DNA of 64,000 nt from positions 1,280,001 through 1,344,000 of the forward strand of contig CAXXDN010000002.1 of assembly GCA_963667465.2 (NCBI GenBank). Reading direction: 5' to 3'. Source of the stretch: Dehalococcoidia bacterium. GTDB taxonomy: Bacteria; Chloroflexota; Dehalococcoidia; UBA2979. The first letter of the stretch is position 1; each line of letters begins with the position of its first letter. Below, piece after piece: positions 1-9,868 of the stretch. The notes under the pieces were generated by a model. That model saw only the letters and a program-made list of their open reading frames with translations. It searched no databases and had not been told where the DNA came from. Made by a program: the position numbers and the translations under genes.

Positions 1-1285
1 CGACCGCCCAGTTGACGATCGCGAAGAGCCCGAGGCTGACGATGCCCTTGACCTCCCAGCGCGCGAAGAGCGACACCTCGACGGCCACGACGAGCAGGTT
101 GATCAGCGAGAGCGGGATCAGGAACTGCCAGGCGAACTTCATCAACTGGTCCAGGCGGAAGCGCGGCAGGGTGCCTCGCAGCCAGACGAGCAGGAAGTAC
201 GCCGCCGAGATCTTCGCGCCGAGGATCAGGTAGCCGGGTATCCACTCCTCGAGGCCGAACAGCGACCAGCCGCCGAGGAACAACGTCGCCGTGAGCGCCG
301 CGACGAAGAGCGCGTTGCCCAGCTCGACGGCGTAGAACAGCCCGAACTTCATCCCGGAGTACTCGGTGTGGAAGCCCGCGACGATCTCCGACTCAGCCTC
401 GGCGATGTCGTTGGGCGTGCGGTTCAGCTCGGCCGTCGAGGAGAAGAAGTACGTGAACATCGCCAGCGGGAGCAGGGCGGCGAGCCAGACGTTGTGGGTC
501 GACTGCCACTCGACGATCGTCGAGAGCTGCATCGAGCCGCTGAGCAGGACGACTGAGAGCAGCGCGATCGAGAGCGGAATCTCGTAGGAGATCATCATCG
601 CGATGGTGCGCATCGCGCCGAGCAGCGCGTAGTGGTTATTCGACGACCAGCCGGCCATGAAGATCGCCAGCGTGGTGAGCGAGCTGACCGCGATCAGGAA
701 GAGGATGCCGACGTGCACGTCTAGGTACGACATCTGCGGGCCCCACGGGATCGGACCCCAGGCGACGATCATCGGGATGAAGATCAGCGCGGGCGGGAGG
801 AAGAACAGCACCTTGTCGGCGCCGCGCGGCATCAGCACTTCCTTCTGGATCAGCTTGACCGCGTCGGCGACGGGCTGGAGCAGGCCGAACGGCCCAACAC
901 GGTTCGGCCCCCGGCGAATCTGCATGCGCCCGATCAGCCGCCGCTCGACCCAGATCAGAACCAGCAGCGCGCCGCCGACGATGCTGAGGATGCCGGTCGC
1001 GCCGAGCAGCGCTGTGACGGCGTAGGAGATCCAGTGCTGACCGAGGAAGTCGAGGACGCCCGGCTGGTCGGCGTTGCGATCGTCCAGCCACTCGCGCAGC
1101 TCCTGCACGCCGATGCCGAGGTCGCGCACGTCGTACCACTGTCCGTCGAGCCGCCCGTCGATCACGACGTAGCCGATCGCGACGTTGACGGCGACGAACC
1201 CGATCGCGACGAGGGCGCCGAGCGCCACGAGCGCGCGCGGGACCGTGCGCGCCGGCAGCCGTCGGCCCACCCGCAGCGAGCTCAT
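1..1285 (-). CDS. nuoH: NADH-quinone oxidoreductase subunit H (3' end runs off the window)
   Basis: Manual translation from ATG 1285 (ATGA overlap with nuoD stop) gives WVERRLIGRMQIRRGPNRVGPFGLLQPVADAVKLIQKE and later AELNRTPNDIAEAESE. Missing from the ORF track because there is no stop in the window. Confidence 0.95.
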   Translation of the reverse strand, partial: MSSLRVGRRLPARTVPRALVALGALVAIGFVAVNVAIGYVVIDGRLDGQWYDVRDLGIGVQELREWLDDRNADQPGVLDFLGQHWISYAVTALLGATGILSIVGGALLVLIWVERRLIGRMQIRRGPNRVGPFGLLQPVADAVKLIQKEVLMPRGADKVLFFLPPALIFIPMIVAWGPIPWGPQMSYLDVHVGILFLIAVSSLTTLAIFMAGWSSNNHYALLGAMRTIAMMISYEIPLSIALLSVVLLSGSMQLSTIVEWQSTHNVWLAALLPLAMFTYFFSSTAELNRTPNDIAEAESEIVAGFHTEYSGMKFGLFYAVELGNALFVAALTATLFLGGWSLFGLEEWIPGYLILGAKISAAYFLLVWLRGTLPRFRLDQLMKFAWQFLIPLSLINLLVVAVEVSLFARWEVKGIVSLGLFAIVNWAV

Positions 1286-2385
1286 CGGTCGATCTCCCCG
1301 ACGACGATGTCGACGGAGCCGAGGGCGACGATCGCGTCCGGCAGCGACGCGCCGATCGCCATCTCGCGCAGCAGCGAGAGGTTGATCAGCGAGGGCGCGC
1401 GGATGTGGAAGCGGAACGGCGCGGACCCGCCGTCCGACACCACGTAGAAGCCAAGCTCGCCGCGAGGGCCCTCGACGCGGGCGTAGGCCTCGCCCGGGTC
1501 GGGGCGCAGCGCGAGCGGGATCTGCGTCTTGTGCGGGCCGGAGGGCAGCGCGTCGAGCGCCTGGCGGATGATCTTCGTTGACTGGCGGACTTCCTCGAGG
1601 CGCACGAGGAAGCGGTCATACGCGTCGCCCTGGCGGCCGACCGGGATCTCGAAGTCGAAGCGGTCGTAGCCACAGTAGGGCTCGGCCTTGCGCAGGTCCC
1701 AGGGCACGCCCGAGCCGCGCAGCATGGGCCCGACGAGCGAGCCGTTGATCGCGTCCTCGGCGGAGATGATGCCGACGCCGCGGCCGCGCGCGAGCAGGAT
1801 CTCGTTGTCGACGAGCAGCTCGGCGTACTCCTCGATGCGCTCCGGCAGCTCGTCAACCAGGGATTCGATCGCCGGGTAGAACTCGGCGGGCGGATCGAAG
1901 GCGACGCCGCCGATGCGCATGTAGTTCGTGGTGAGGCGCGCGCCGCAGGTCATTTCGAACAGGTCGAGGATGCGCTCGCGCTCGCGGAACATGTACATCA
2001 GCGGCGTCTGCCAGGCGCCGGCGTCGTTGACGAACGTGCCGTTGGCCATCGAGTGGCTGGCGATGCGCTGCAGCTCCGCGAAGATCACACGCAGGCAGGA
2101 GGCGCGCTCCGGCACCTCGACGCCCGCGAGGCGCTCGACGGCGAGGCAGTAGCCGAGGTTGCCGCTCATCGCCGCCAGGTAGTCGGCGCGGTCGGTGAAG
2201 GGGATGTTCTGCGTGTAGGTGCGCTCCTCGGCCAGCTTCTCCATCGAGCGGTGGAGGTAGCCGACGACCATCTCGACGTCCTGGATGCGCTCGCCGTCCA
2301 TCACGACGCGCAGCCGGAACACCCCGTGGGTCGAGGGGTGCTGTGGCCCGATGTTCAGGACGTACGGCTCGGTCGCGGCGGTCAT
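1282..2385 (-). CDS. nuoD: NADH-quinone oxidoreductase subunit D
   Basis: NIGPQHPSTHGVFRL, GYLHRSMEK, EGPRGELG, C-terminal DIVVGEIDR. Confidence 0.96.
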   Translation of the reverse strand: MTAATEPYVLNIGPQHPSTHGVFRLRVVMDGERIQDVEMVVGYLHRSMEKLAEERTYTQNIPFTDRADYLAAMSGNLGYCLAVERLAGVEVPERASCLRVIFAELQRIASHSMANGTFVNDAGAWQTPLMYMFRERERILDLFEMTCGARLTTNYMRIGGVAFDPPAEFYPAIESLVDELPERIEEYAELLVDNEILLARGRGVGIISAEDAINGSLVGPMLRGSGVPWDLRKAEPYCGYDRFDFEIPVGRQGDAYDRFLVRLEEVRQSTKIIRQALDALPSGPHKTQIPLALRPDPGEAYARVEGPRGELGFYVVSDGGSAPFRFHIRAPSLINLSLLREMAIGASLPDAIVALGSVDIVVGEIDR

Positions 2386-2395
2386 CGCAACACCG

Positions 2396-2911
2396 TCATC
2401 GCGCCTGCACCCCGGATTCCTCGAAGGGGAACTTCGGCAGGCCGGGGTGGTGTTCGGGGATCTGCAGGAAGTCCTTGCGCAGCGGGAAGCCGGGGTAGCC
2501 CTCCCAGAGGAACATGCGGCGCAGGTCCGGGTGGCCCTCGAAGCGGATGCCCATCAGGTCGTAGACCTCACGCTCCTGCAGCAGCGCGCCCCTGTACACG
2601 CCGTAGGCGCTGGGCAGCCCGGGCGCCTCGTGCTCGCCGACGATCGCCTTGACGACGATCTGGTGATTCCGGTCGAGCGATTGCAGGTGGTAGACGACCT
2701 CGAAGCGGTCGTGGCGGTCGACGGCGCAGAGGTTGCTGAGCTGGCGCGCGTCGAGGTCGGCGTCGTCGTGGAGGAAGCGCAGCACGTCCGCGATGCGCTC
2801 GGGGCGCACCTCGACCCACTCCTCGGTGGCGCGCAGGATGGCGTCGGGTACGGCGGCGGCGAGGGGCGCCGCGACGGCCTCGCCGCTCAGCTGCCGGGGG
2901 CCCGCCGGCAT
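2396..2911 (-). CDS. nuoC: NADH-quinone oxidoreductase subunit C
   Basis: EREVYDLMGIRFEGHPDLRR and GFPLRKDF; start placed at ATG 2911 next to the nuoA stop. Confidence 0.93.
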   Translation of the reverse strand: MPAGPRQLSGEAVAAPLAAAVPDAILRATEEWVEVRPERIADVLRFLHDDADLDARQLSNLCAVDRHDRFEVVYHLQSLDRNHQIVVKAIVGEHEAPGLPSAYGVYRGALLQEREVYDLMGIRFEGHPDLRRMFLWEGYPGFPLRKDFLQIPEHHPGLPKFPFEESGVQAR

Positions 2912-2912
2912 G

Positions 2913-3287
2913 CTAGCGCCACTCCAGCGCGCCGCGCCGCCAGGCGTAGGCGAGGCCGAATGCAAGGACGCCGACGAAGATCGCGGCCTTGAACAGCGCG
3001 TCGGTATCGAGCACCCCGTACTGCAGCGCCCACGGATAGAGGAAGACGACCTCCACGTCGAAGATCACGAAGCCGAGCGCGAACAGGTAGTAGCGGGCGT
3101 TGAACTGGCCCCAGGCGTTGCCCTCGGACTCCACGCCGCACTCGTAGGTGGCGTGCTTGATGGGGTCCGGGTTCTGGGGGCGGCGGCGCAGCAGGTAGAA
3201 GGCGAACGAGGCAACAAGCGGGAGCGCGGGGAAGACCACACCCAGGACGATCAGTACCCCGACGCGTCCGAACAGCTCTGGAATCAC
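2913..3287 (-). CDS. nuoA: NADH-quinone oxidoreductase subunit A
   Basis: KHATYECG, YYLFALGFVIFDVEVVFLYPWA, RGALEW; GTG start after GAGGAG. Confidence 0.94.
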   Translation of the reverse strand: MIPELFGRVGVLIVLGVVFPALPLVASFAFYLLRRRPQNPDPIKHATYECGVESEGNAWGQFNARYYLFALGFVIFDVEVVFLYPWALQYGVLDTDALFKAAIFVGVLAFGLAYAWRRGALEWR

Positions 3288-3411
3288 CCGGGCGCGCTCC
3301 TCAGCGGTCCCCGTGACGGGGTTGCGCGTCCCCCGAACCGGGACGCCACGACCCACGATCGGGCCCCCGAACCGCTCGGTCCGGCATCGAGCGAGAAGGT
3401 AGCACCGGCCC

Positions 3412-4029
3412 CTACAGCGCGCCAGCGCCGGGCGCGCTCGGTAACCCGCCCTGCTCGCGCTCACACGCCTCCGCAGCCGCGGCGCGCTCCTGCAGCGCGT
3501 ACTCCTCGCGGCTGATCTCCATCCGCTCGAAGTCGTAGCCGTCGCGCCGCACGGAGCGGAGGCGGCGGAAGCCGGCGTGCCGGAAGGCCTGCTGCGCGCG
3601 GGTGTTCGTCGTGAGCGTGTGCAGGTAGACGCGCCGCAGTTCCAGCTCGGTGAAGAGATGCCCGAGCAGGCAGCGCACGGCCTCGCTGCCGTACCCCCTC
3701 GACCAGTACGCCCGCTCCCCGATCGTGATGCCCAACTCGGCCTCTCCGAGGTACGAGTCGTACCCGTAGTACATGACGTTGCCGATGTGCCGGGCGCTCT
3801 CGCGATCCTCGATGGCGAACGTGCGCCGGAACCGGGAGGGGCGCCGCAGATCCTCGGTGATGGTGGCCGTGTAGGCGCGGAAGGTCATGGTGATCGGGCG
3901 CGTCGCGTCGTAGTCGGCGAGTTCGCGGTCCCTGCGCCAGGTGTAGTCGCGCCAGGCGTCCTCGATCTGCTTCTCGCGCAGGCGCACGAGGCGGCCCTCG
4001 GCGATCACTCGCGGCGCGGTGGCGGTCAT
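3412..4029 (-). CDS. GNAT (RimJ/RimL-like) N-acetyltransferase
   Basis: ELGITIGERAYWSRGYGSEAV acetyl-CoA motif, NTRAQQAFRHAGF; ATGA overlap with the NUDIX stop. Confidence 0.85.
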   Translation of the reverse strand: MTATAPRVIAEGRLVRLREKQIEDAWRDYTWRRDRELADYDATRPITMTFRAYTATITEDLRRPSRFRRTFAIEDRESARHIGNVMYYGYDSYLGEAELGITIGERAYWSRGYGSEAVRCLLGHLFTELELRRVYLHTLTTNTRAQQAFRHAGFRRLRSVRRDGYDFERMEISREEYALQERAAAAEACEREQGGLPSAPGAGAL

Positions 4030-4487
4030 CGCGCCGCCCCCTCGCCGTTCAGTGCCTCGATCGCCCGCTCGACGATCGCGCGTTCGTTGGGATACGTCAT
4101 CCGCTTGCACGCCTCGTGCGCGTCGTACCACTCGACCAGGTCGTACTCGCCGTCGTGGCCGCCGAAGTCGCCGCCGGTCGGCTGCATCAGGTAGTGGTGC
4201 ACCACCTTGTAGACGCGCCCGGGCCTGCCCGGCACCTCGTAGGTGTAGCGGATCGAGCCGACCGGTTCGCTCCCGTCGATGACGACCTGCAGCCCCGTCT
4301 CCTCCGCGACCTCGCGCAGCGCGGTCTGTTCGATGCTCTCGCCGCGCTCGGGTTTGCCCTTGGGCAACGCCCAGAGCCGCTCGCGCGGCCGCGCCACGAG
4401 CACGACCTCGAGGCCGGATTCTCCGCCACGCCGGTAGACGACGCCGCCGGCCGACCAGATCTCGCGCACGCCGTCTTCGGAGCTCAC
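4026..4487 (-). CDS. NUDIX hydrolase
   Basis: Nudix box GKPERGESIEQTALREVAEETGL; GTGA overlap with the upstream gene. Confidence 0.92.
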   Translation of the reverse strand: MSSEDGVREIWSAGGVVYRRGGESGLEVVLVARPRERLWALPKGKPERGESIEQTALREVAEETGLQVVIDGSEPVGSIRYTYEVPGRPGRVYKVVHHYLMQPTGGDFGGHDGEYDLVEWYDAHEACKRMTYPNERAIVERAIEALNGEGAAR

Positions 4488-5500
4488 GAGGCGTCGGTCC
4501 ATGGCAACGCGTCATCCCCCTCGAAGTCGACGGACATCATGCGCGCCTCCTCGGCGGCGAGCTGGGCCGCCTCGGCGATGTGCGGCTCGGGGCTGCGGAG
4601 CAGGTCCTGCAGGATCTGCTCCGCCCGGTCTCCGGCAATCTCGCCGAGCGCGCGGATCGCGGCGACCTGTACCTCTTCCTCCTCGTCCTCGAGTAGCAGT
4701 GTCAGCGGCTCGACCGCGGCCTCGAGGAGCAGATTCCCGGCGGAGATCGCGGCGGCGGCGCGCACGTCCTCGTCATCGTCCTCGAAGGTCTGGATCAGCA
4801 CGGGCAGCCAGTCGTCGGAGCCGTGGCGGCCCATCGCCTCGACGGCGGCGCGGCGCAGCCGGATGCTGCCCATCTCGTAGTACTCCGCGATCAGCTCGGC
4901 CACCCACTCGTCGGAGGACGCTCCCAGCGCGGCCAGCGCCGTGCCGCTTACCTCGTCCTCCTCCGTCACGTCCTCGATGCGGTCGCGCAGCGTCTCCAGC
5001 AGGCGCTCGCCGAGCTCGACGGGGAGCATCCCGAACTCGTTGCCGATGACGAAGCTCCCGAGGCCCTCGGCGGCGGCGGCGCGCACGCTCGCCTCGGCGT
5101 CGTCACGCACGATGTCAAGCAGGACGGCCGCGTACTCCGGTCGCTCGCTCTCCCAGAGTCCGCGGATCGCGAGGATACGCGTCGCGGTGTCCGGGTCGTA
5201 CAGGGCGGAGAGCTGGATGCGCTCGAACTCCAGCGTCGCGTCATCCTCGGAAAGCTGCTCCAGCGCCGCGAGGAAGTCGCGGCGGCGGTTCGGCGTGAGG
5301 CGGCTCCAGAGGGCCAGGACGCGACCGGCCGTGGCGTCGTCCGGGTTGCTCAGCGCGGGCAGGTCGGCGAACGGAATCGGCGCCGCTTCGTCCGCGATCG
5401 CGGCGAGGACCTCCGCCGGAGGCGGGTACGCGCGCGACAACGCATCGTCGATGGGATCGACGCCGTCACCAGCTCCGTCTGTCGGATCGGGAGGGCTCAT
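4484..5500 (-). CDS. HEAT/PBS-lyase repeat protein
   Basis: Repeated D-x-D-x-x-VR-x-x-A-x-x-ALG units (DDAEASVRAAAAEGLG, DEEEEVQVAAIRALG). Confidence 0.85.
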   Translation of the reverse strand: MSPPDPTDGAGDGVDPIDDALSRAYPPPAEVLAAIADEAAPIPFADLPALSNPDDATAGRVLALWSRLTPNRRRDFLAALEQLSEDDATLEFERIQLSALYDPDTATRILAIRGLWESERPEYAAVLLDIVRDDAEASVRAAAAEGLGSFVIGNEFGMLPVELGERLLETLRDRIEDVTEEDEVSGTALAALGASSDEWVAELIAEYYEMGSIRLRRAAVEAMGRHGSDDWLPVLIQTFEDDDEDVRAAAAISAGNLLLEAAVEPLTLLLEDEEEEVQVAAIRALGEIAGDRAEQILQDLLRSPEPHIAEAAQLAAEEARMMSVDFEGDDALPWTDAS

Positions 5501-5551
5501 ATTCGACCTCCGAACGGCAGTCTATCAGCGCTCACGGGCAACGGTCCGCCG

Positions 5552-6568
5552 TCAGGCTAGCTCCGCCATCGGGTCGCGCCCCAGCAAGGCGGCCATCGCC
5601 TCCTGCGGAGAGATCTCCCCGTCGAGGATCGCTTGCAATGCCTCGGCGATCGGCAGCTCGACGCCGAGGCGGGCGGCGAGGCGCAACGCGGCGGGGGTCG
5701 TCGTGACGCCCTCGACGGTCTCGCCGATGCTGGCGAGGGCGTCGGTGCGGGTCGCCCCGCCGCCGATCAGTTCGCCGAGGCGGCGGTTACGCGCGAGCGG
5801 GCTGTAGGAGCTGGCCATCAGGTCGCCCACACCGGCGAGGCCCTGGAAGGTCAGCCGCTCGGCGCCGGCGGCCACGCCGAGCCTCGACATCTCGGCCAGG
5901 CCACGCGCGATGAGCGCCCCCTTCGCGTTGTCGCCGAAGCCGAAGGCGTCGACCATCCCGGCCGCGATCGCGATGATGTTCTTGAGTGCCCCGCCGAACT
6001 CGACCCCGACGACGTCGTGGCTGGTGTAGACGCGGAAGGACGCGCTGTGGAATGCGGCGCGAATCGCGTCGAGCGAGCGGTCGGCGGAGGCGATCACGGT
6101 CGCGCCGGGGAGCCCGGCGGCGACCTCCCGCGAGAGATTCGGCCCGGACAGGGCGGCGAGCGGCCGGCCCGGCAGTTGCGCGGCCAGCACCTCTGTCATG
6201 CGGCGTCCGCTCTCGCTCTCGATGCCCTTCGAGCAAGACAGCAACGGCGTGGACGGCGGCACGCACGCCGCAACGGCGGCGGCGTTCTCCGCCATCGTCT
6301 GCGCCGGGACGACGAAGCAGATCAGGTCCGCGGCCTCGAGTGCGGCGTGCCCGGCGGAGATCGCGAGGCCGGCGGGGAACGCCACGCCCGGAAGGCGGTC
6401 GTGCCCGCCGGCGGAGCGCAGGCGCGCGGCTTCCTCGTCGCTGCGGGCGAGCAGGGTGACGGAGACGCCGTTGCGCGCGAGCAGGATCGCGAGCGTTACG
6501 CCCCAGCCGGTGGCGCCGACGACGGCGGCCCGGCGAATCGGCGCCGGGACCGCCTCGCGCTCAGGCAC
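5552..6568 (-). CDS. gpsA: NAD(P)H-dependent glycerol-3-phosphate dehydrogenase
   Basis: GATGWG, SKGIE, LSGPNLS, GGALKNIIAIAAG, GLAGVGDL, RNRRLG; follows der-plsY. Confidence 0.95.
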   Translation of the reverse strand: MPEREAVPAPIRRAAVVGATGWGVTLAILLARNGVSVTLLARSDEEAARLRSAGGHDRLPGVAFPAGLAISAGHAALEAADLICFVVPAQTMAENAAAVAACVPPSTPLLSCSKGIESESGRRMTEVLAAQLPGRPLAALSGPNLSREVAAGLPGATVIASADRSLDAIRAAFHSASFRVYTSHDVVGVEFGGALKNIIAIAAGMVDAFGFGDNAKGALIARGLAEMSRLGVAAGAERLTFQGLAGVGDLMASSYSPLARNRRLGELIGGGATRTDALASIGETVEGVTTTPAALRLAARLGVELPIAEALQAILDGEISPQEAMAALLGRDPMAELA

Positions 6569-7184
6569 CGCCCGCGCGCGGCGCGCCACCCTGCCCGAGC
6601 TTGGGCTCCACGCCGGCCAACAGGCGCCGGATGTTGCCGATGTGCCCGAGCTCGATCGAGGCAGTCACCGCGAAGGCGAACAGCAGGTAGTGAACGGGTA
6701 GCCAGCCGGCGACGACAAGGGCGACCACCGAGGCACACCCCGCCGCCGTGGCGGTGATTGTCGTCAGCGAGGCGTAGCGCGTCGCCGCCAGCGCGATCGC
6801 CGCGCAGACGATGAGGACCACGCCGGCGATCGGCGCGATTACGGCGAAGGCGCCGAACGCCGTCGCCGCCCCCCGGCCGCCGCGGAAGCGGGCGAAGATC
6901 GGGAACATGTGACCGGCCACCGCGGCCACGCCGCCGAGCGCGACCGCCCACGGGTCGTCAAAGACGAAACGCCCGATCAGCACGGGTATGGCGCCCTTCG
7001 CGATGTCCGCGGTGATGACGATCAGCGCGGCGCCCCAGCCGAGCGAGCGCAGGGTGTTGGTGAAGCCCGTCTTGCCGGAGCCGTAGTCGCGCACGTCCAC
7101 CCCTCGGTAGATCCGTCCGACGAGCACGCCGAACGGGATCGACCCGATGAGGTAGCCAATCAGGACGAGCAGTGCGGCAATCAC
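6561..7184 (-). CDS. plsY: Glycerol-3-phosphate acyltransferase PlsY
   Basis: YLIGSIPFG, DVRDYGSGKTGFTN, DIAKG, GHMFPIF, HIGNIRRL. Confidence 0.95.
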   Translation of the reverse strand: MIAALLVLIGYLIGSIPFGVLVGRIYRGVDVRDYGSGKTGFTNTLRSLGWGAALIVITADIAKGAIPVLIGRFVFDDPWAVALGGVAAVAGHMFPIFARFRGGRGAATAFGAFAVIAPIAGVVLIVCAAIALAATRYASLTTITATAAGCASVVALVVAGWLPVHYLLFAFAVTASIELGHIGNIRRLLAGVEPKLGQGGAPRAGGA

Positions 7185-8533
7185 GCCAACGCCTCCACCT
7201 GGTCCGGGCTGCGGCTGCGGAAGCGCATCCGGATCGCGGTGCCTTCGAACCCGAAGGCGTCCCGGATGCGATTCTCCAGGAACCGACGATAAGCGAAATG
7301 AAGCAGATCTGGATCATTCACGAAGAAGACGAACGTAGGCGGCTCCACCTCGGCCTGCGTCACGTAGAGCACCTTAAGCCGTCGCTGCCCCTGGTAGCGC
7401 GGCGGCTGCTGCGCCACCGCGCGCAGCAGCACGCGATTCAGCTCCGAGGTCTGCACACGCCGCCGCCGCACCTCCTGCACGTGGATCGCGAGCTGCAACA
7501 GCTCCGCGATGCCGTCGCCGGTCAGCGCCGAGATGAAGTGGACCGGAGCCCACGGCGCGAAGCGGTAGCGGCGATCGATCCGCTTGGCGAACTGGTGGCG
7601 GTCGGTGCCGGGCTCGGCGAGATCCCACTTGTTGACGGCGAGCAGCAGCCCCGTGCCGCGCTCGATCGCACGCCCGGCGATATGCGAATCCTGCGCGGCG
7701 ATCGGCTCTGAGGGATCGATCAGCAACACGACCACGTCGGCGCGCGCGATCGCGCCCTCTGCTTGCTGCACGGAGTGGCGCTCCGCCCCGCGGCCGATCT
7801 TGCCGCGACGGCGGATGCCGGCCGTGTCGATCAGCACCATCGCTCGCCCTTCCCAGCCGAACGGGGAATCGATGGCGTCGCGCGTCGCGCCGGGCACCTC
7901 GGAGACGATCACCCGCTCCTCGCCGAGGATCGCGTTCACGAGCGAGGACTTGCCGACGTTGGGCCGCCCGACGATCGCGATCCGCAGCGGGCGGTCGCCG
8001 TCCTCGGCGGCGGCGGGCTCGTCCGGCGCCTCCGGCAGCGCAGCGAAGACGAGGTCGAGCAGGTCGCCGATGCCCTCGGCGTGGTAGGCGGAGATCAGCA
8101 GCGGATCGCCGAGGCCGAGCGCGTGCGCCTCGTGCACGTTCGCCCGCGCCTCGCGGCGGTCGCTCTTGTTGGCGACGACGATCGTGGGCCGCCCGGCGCG
8201 GCGCAGCTGCTCGGCGATCGCGTGGTCCGCCGCGGTCAGCGCGTTCGCTGCGTCGACCACGAACAGCAGCAGGCCGGCCTCGGAGAGCGCCTGCCCCACC
8301 TGCTCGCGGATCGGCGTGTCGAAGGGGTCGTCCTCGGGGCCTTCGAGGCCGCCGGTATCGACGACGCGGAACTCGCGGCCGCGCCAGTGGCAGACGCCGT
8401 ACTGGCGATCGCGCGTGGTGCCGGGAAGGCGCTCGACGAGCGCGCGGCGTGAGCGCGTCAGCCGGTTGAACAGCGCCGACTTGCCGACGTTGGGGCGGCC
8501 GATGATCGCGACCAGGGGTGCGTCTCGGGTCAT
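7181..8533 (-). CDS. der: Ribosome biogenesis GTPase Der (EngA)
   Basis: Two GRPNVGKS P-loops, DTGG/DTAG, NKSD/NKWD, KH-like C-terminus. Confidence 0.97.
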   Translation of the reverse strand: MTRDAPLVAIIGRPNVGKSALFNRLTRSRRALVERLPGTTRDRQYGVCHWRGREFRVVDTGGLEGPEDDPFDTPIREQVGQALSEAGLLLFVVDAANALTAADHAIAEQLRRAGRPTIVVANKSDRREARANVHEAHALGLGDPLLISAYHAEGIGDLLDLVFAALPEAPDEPAAAEDGDRPLRIAIVGRPNVGKSSLVNAILGEERVIVSEVPGATRDAIDSPFGWEGRAMVLIDTAGIRRRGKIGRGAERHSVQQAEGAIARADVVVLLIDPSEPIAAQDSHIAGRAIERGTGLLLAVNKWDLAEPGTDRHQFAKRIDRRYRFAPWAPVHFISALTGDGIAELLQLAIHVQEVRRRRVQTSELNRVLLRAVAQQPPRYQGQRRLKVLYVTQAEVEPPTFVFFVNDPDLLHFAYRRFLENRIRDAFGFEGTAIRMRFRSRSPDQVEALA

Positions 8534-9867
8534 TCGGAGCTCTCCGCGGTAGCTTCCGGAGACGCCGTCGGTGTTGGAGTCGGAGTCGGCGTGGCGATCT
8601 CCCGAAGCGTAAGCTCAAGCTGCCGGGGCCGCACCTCGCTCACTCGCACCCCCGGCGGCGCCTCGACGACCACAGTGACCAGCGACACGCCCGGCCTCCG
8701 TCCGCTCGCATCGACCTCGGCGAGGATGTCGCCGGGGTCGAGGGCGTTGAGGACCGGGAGGTCGCCCTCCACCACGACGGTGATCACAAGCTGGCCGAGG
8801 GAGCCCTTCAGTCCGCTGGGAATCCCGACCAGCCTCGGCACGATCGGGACGGCGACCGAGCCCCGGATCGGCGCGATGGAGACGATGATGTCGACTTCCT
8901 CGCCGGACAGGGCGCTCACGCCGGGCGGCAGGCTCGGCGAGCGCGCGACGCTCAGGTTCGCGCGCGCGCCGTCGAGCAGCACCTGACCCAGCGAGAGGCT
9001 GTCGATGGTCTGGAGCACGTCGAAGCTGCCCTCGACATCGAAGACGCCGGGCTGAATCTGGACATCTTCGACGCGGTAACCGGGCGCCGGCTGCCCGAGC
9101 AACTCAACTCCGAGCGGTACGGTGCGGGTGAGCACCGTCTGCTCGATGGCCACGTCGATTTGGACGTTGGGCGGATCGATCGTGACGCCCCGGATCTCCC
9201 CGCCGCCGGCTCCGCGGGAGACGAGCCGGAGGGATTGCGAGATCCCGACGGTCAGCCCCGTGACGTTGATGTCCGCGCCAGCGCTGACCACGAGGTCGAC
9301 AAGCGACTCGGGTCCGGAGACCTCGACGTTGGCGGGCTCGGGCACCGCCTCGCCGGCGGCGAAGCCGCGGGGCAGCGCTCCGACGATGCGCGCGTCGACC
9401 GGCACCCGGCGCGTCACGATCTGCTCGAGGTTCACGAGGATCGCCGGGGGCTCCACGCTGATGACGCGGACGCCGCGCGCGTCGTTCACCTCGACGCGCA
9501 CGGGGACGGTCTGCTCGCGCGCGCTGAGGCCGTTCAGGTCGACGATGGCGCGGAAGTTGGCGCTGGTCAGGCTGTCCCAGCGCTCGTCGGGCGCCGCGAT
9601 GCGGATGCTGGCGGACGGCAACGCGTTGGCCACGGCGACCTCGCGCCCGACGTTGACGGCAACGACCTCGATTGGGGCGGGGAGCAGCCCGCTGCGGGTC
9701 GGGTTCTCCTCCTCGGTGACCAGGATCCAGATCGCAACCCCGAGTACGAAGGAGATCAGCAGCAAGCGCGGCGTTTCGCGCACCGCGCCCAGGCTGCGTC
9801 GCCAGAAGGTCGCGAGCATCTCCCGAAGATCGGTGAGGAGCGACCGCCGAAGGTTCGAGAACGCCAT
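8530..9867 (-). CDS. cdaR: YbbR-domain protein CdaR (diadenylate cyclase regulator)
   Basis: One N-terminal TM helix then repeated beta-rich YbbR-like domains; directly downstream of cdaA. Confidence 0.85.
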   Translation of the reverse strand: MAFSNLRRSLLTDLREMLATFWRRSLGAVRETPRLLLISFVLGVAIWILVTEEENPTRSGLLPAPIEVVAVNVGREVAVANALPSASIRIAAPDERWDSLTSANFRAIVDLNGLSAREQTVPVRVEVNDARGVRVISVEPPAILVNLEQIVTRRVPVDARIVGALPRGFAAGEAVPEPANVEVSGPESLVDLVVSAGADINVTGLTVGISQSLRLVSRGAGGGEIRGVTIDPPNVQIDVAIEQTVLTRTVPLGVELLGQPAPGYRVEDVQIQPGVFDVEGSFDVLQTIDSLSLGQVLLDGARANLSVARSPSLPPGVSALSGEEVDIIVSIAPIRGSVAVPIVPRLVGIPSGLKGSLGQLVITVVVEGDLPVLNALDPGDILAEVDASGRRPGVSLVTVVVEAPPGVRVSEVRPRQLELTLREIATPTPTPTPTASPEATAESSE

Positions 9868-9868
9868 C

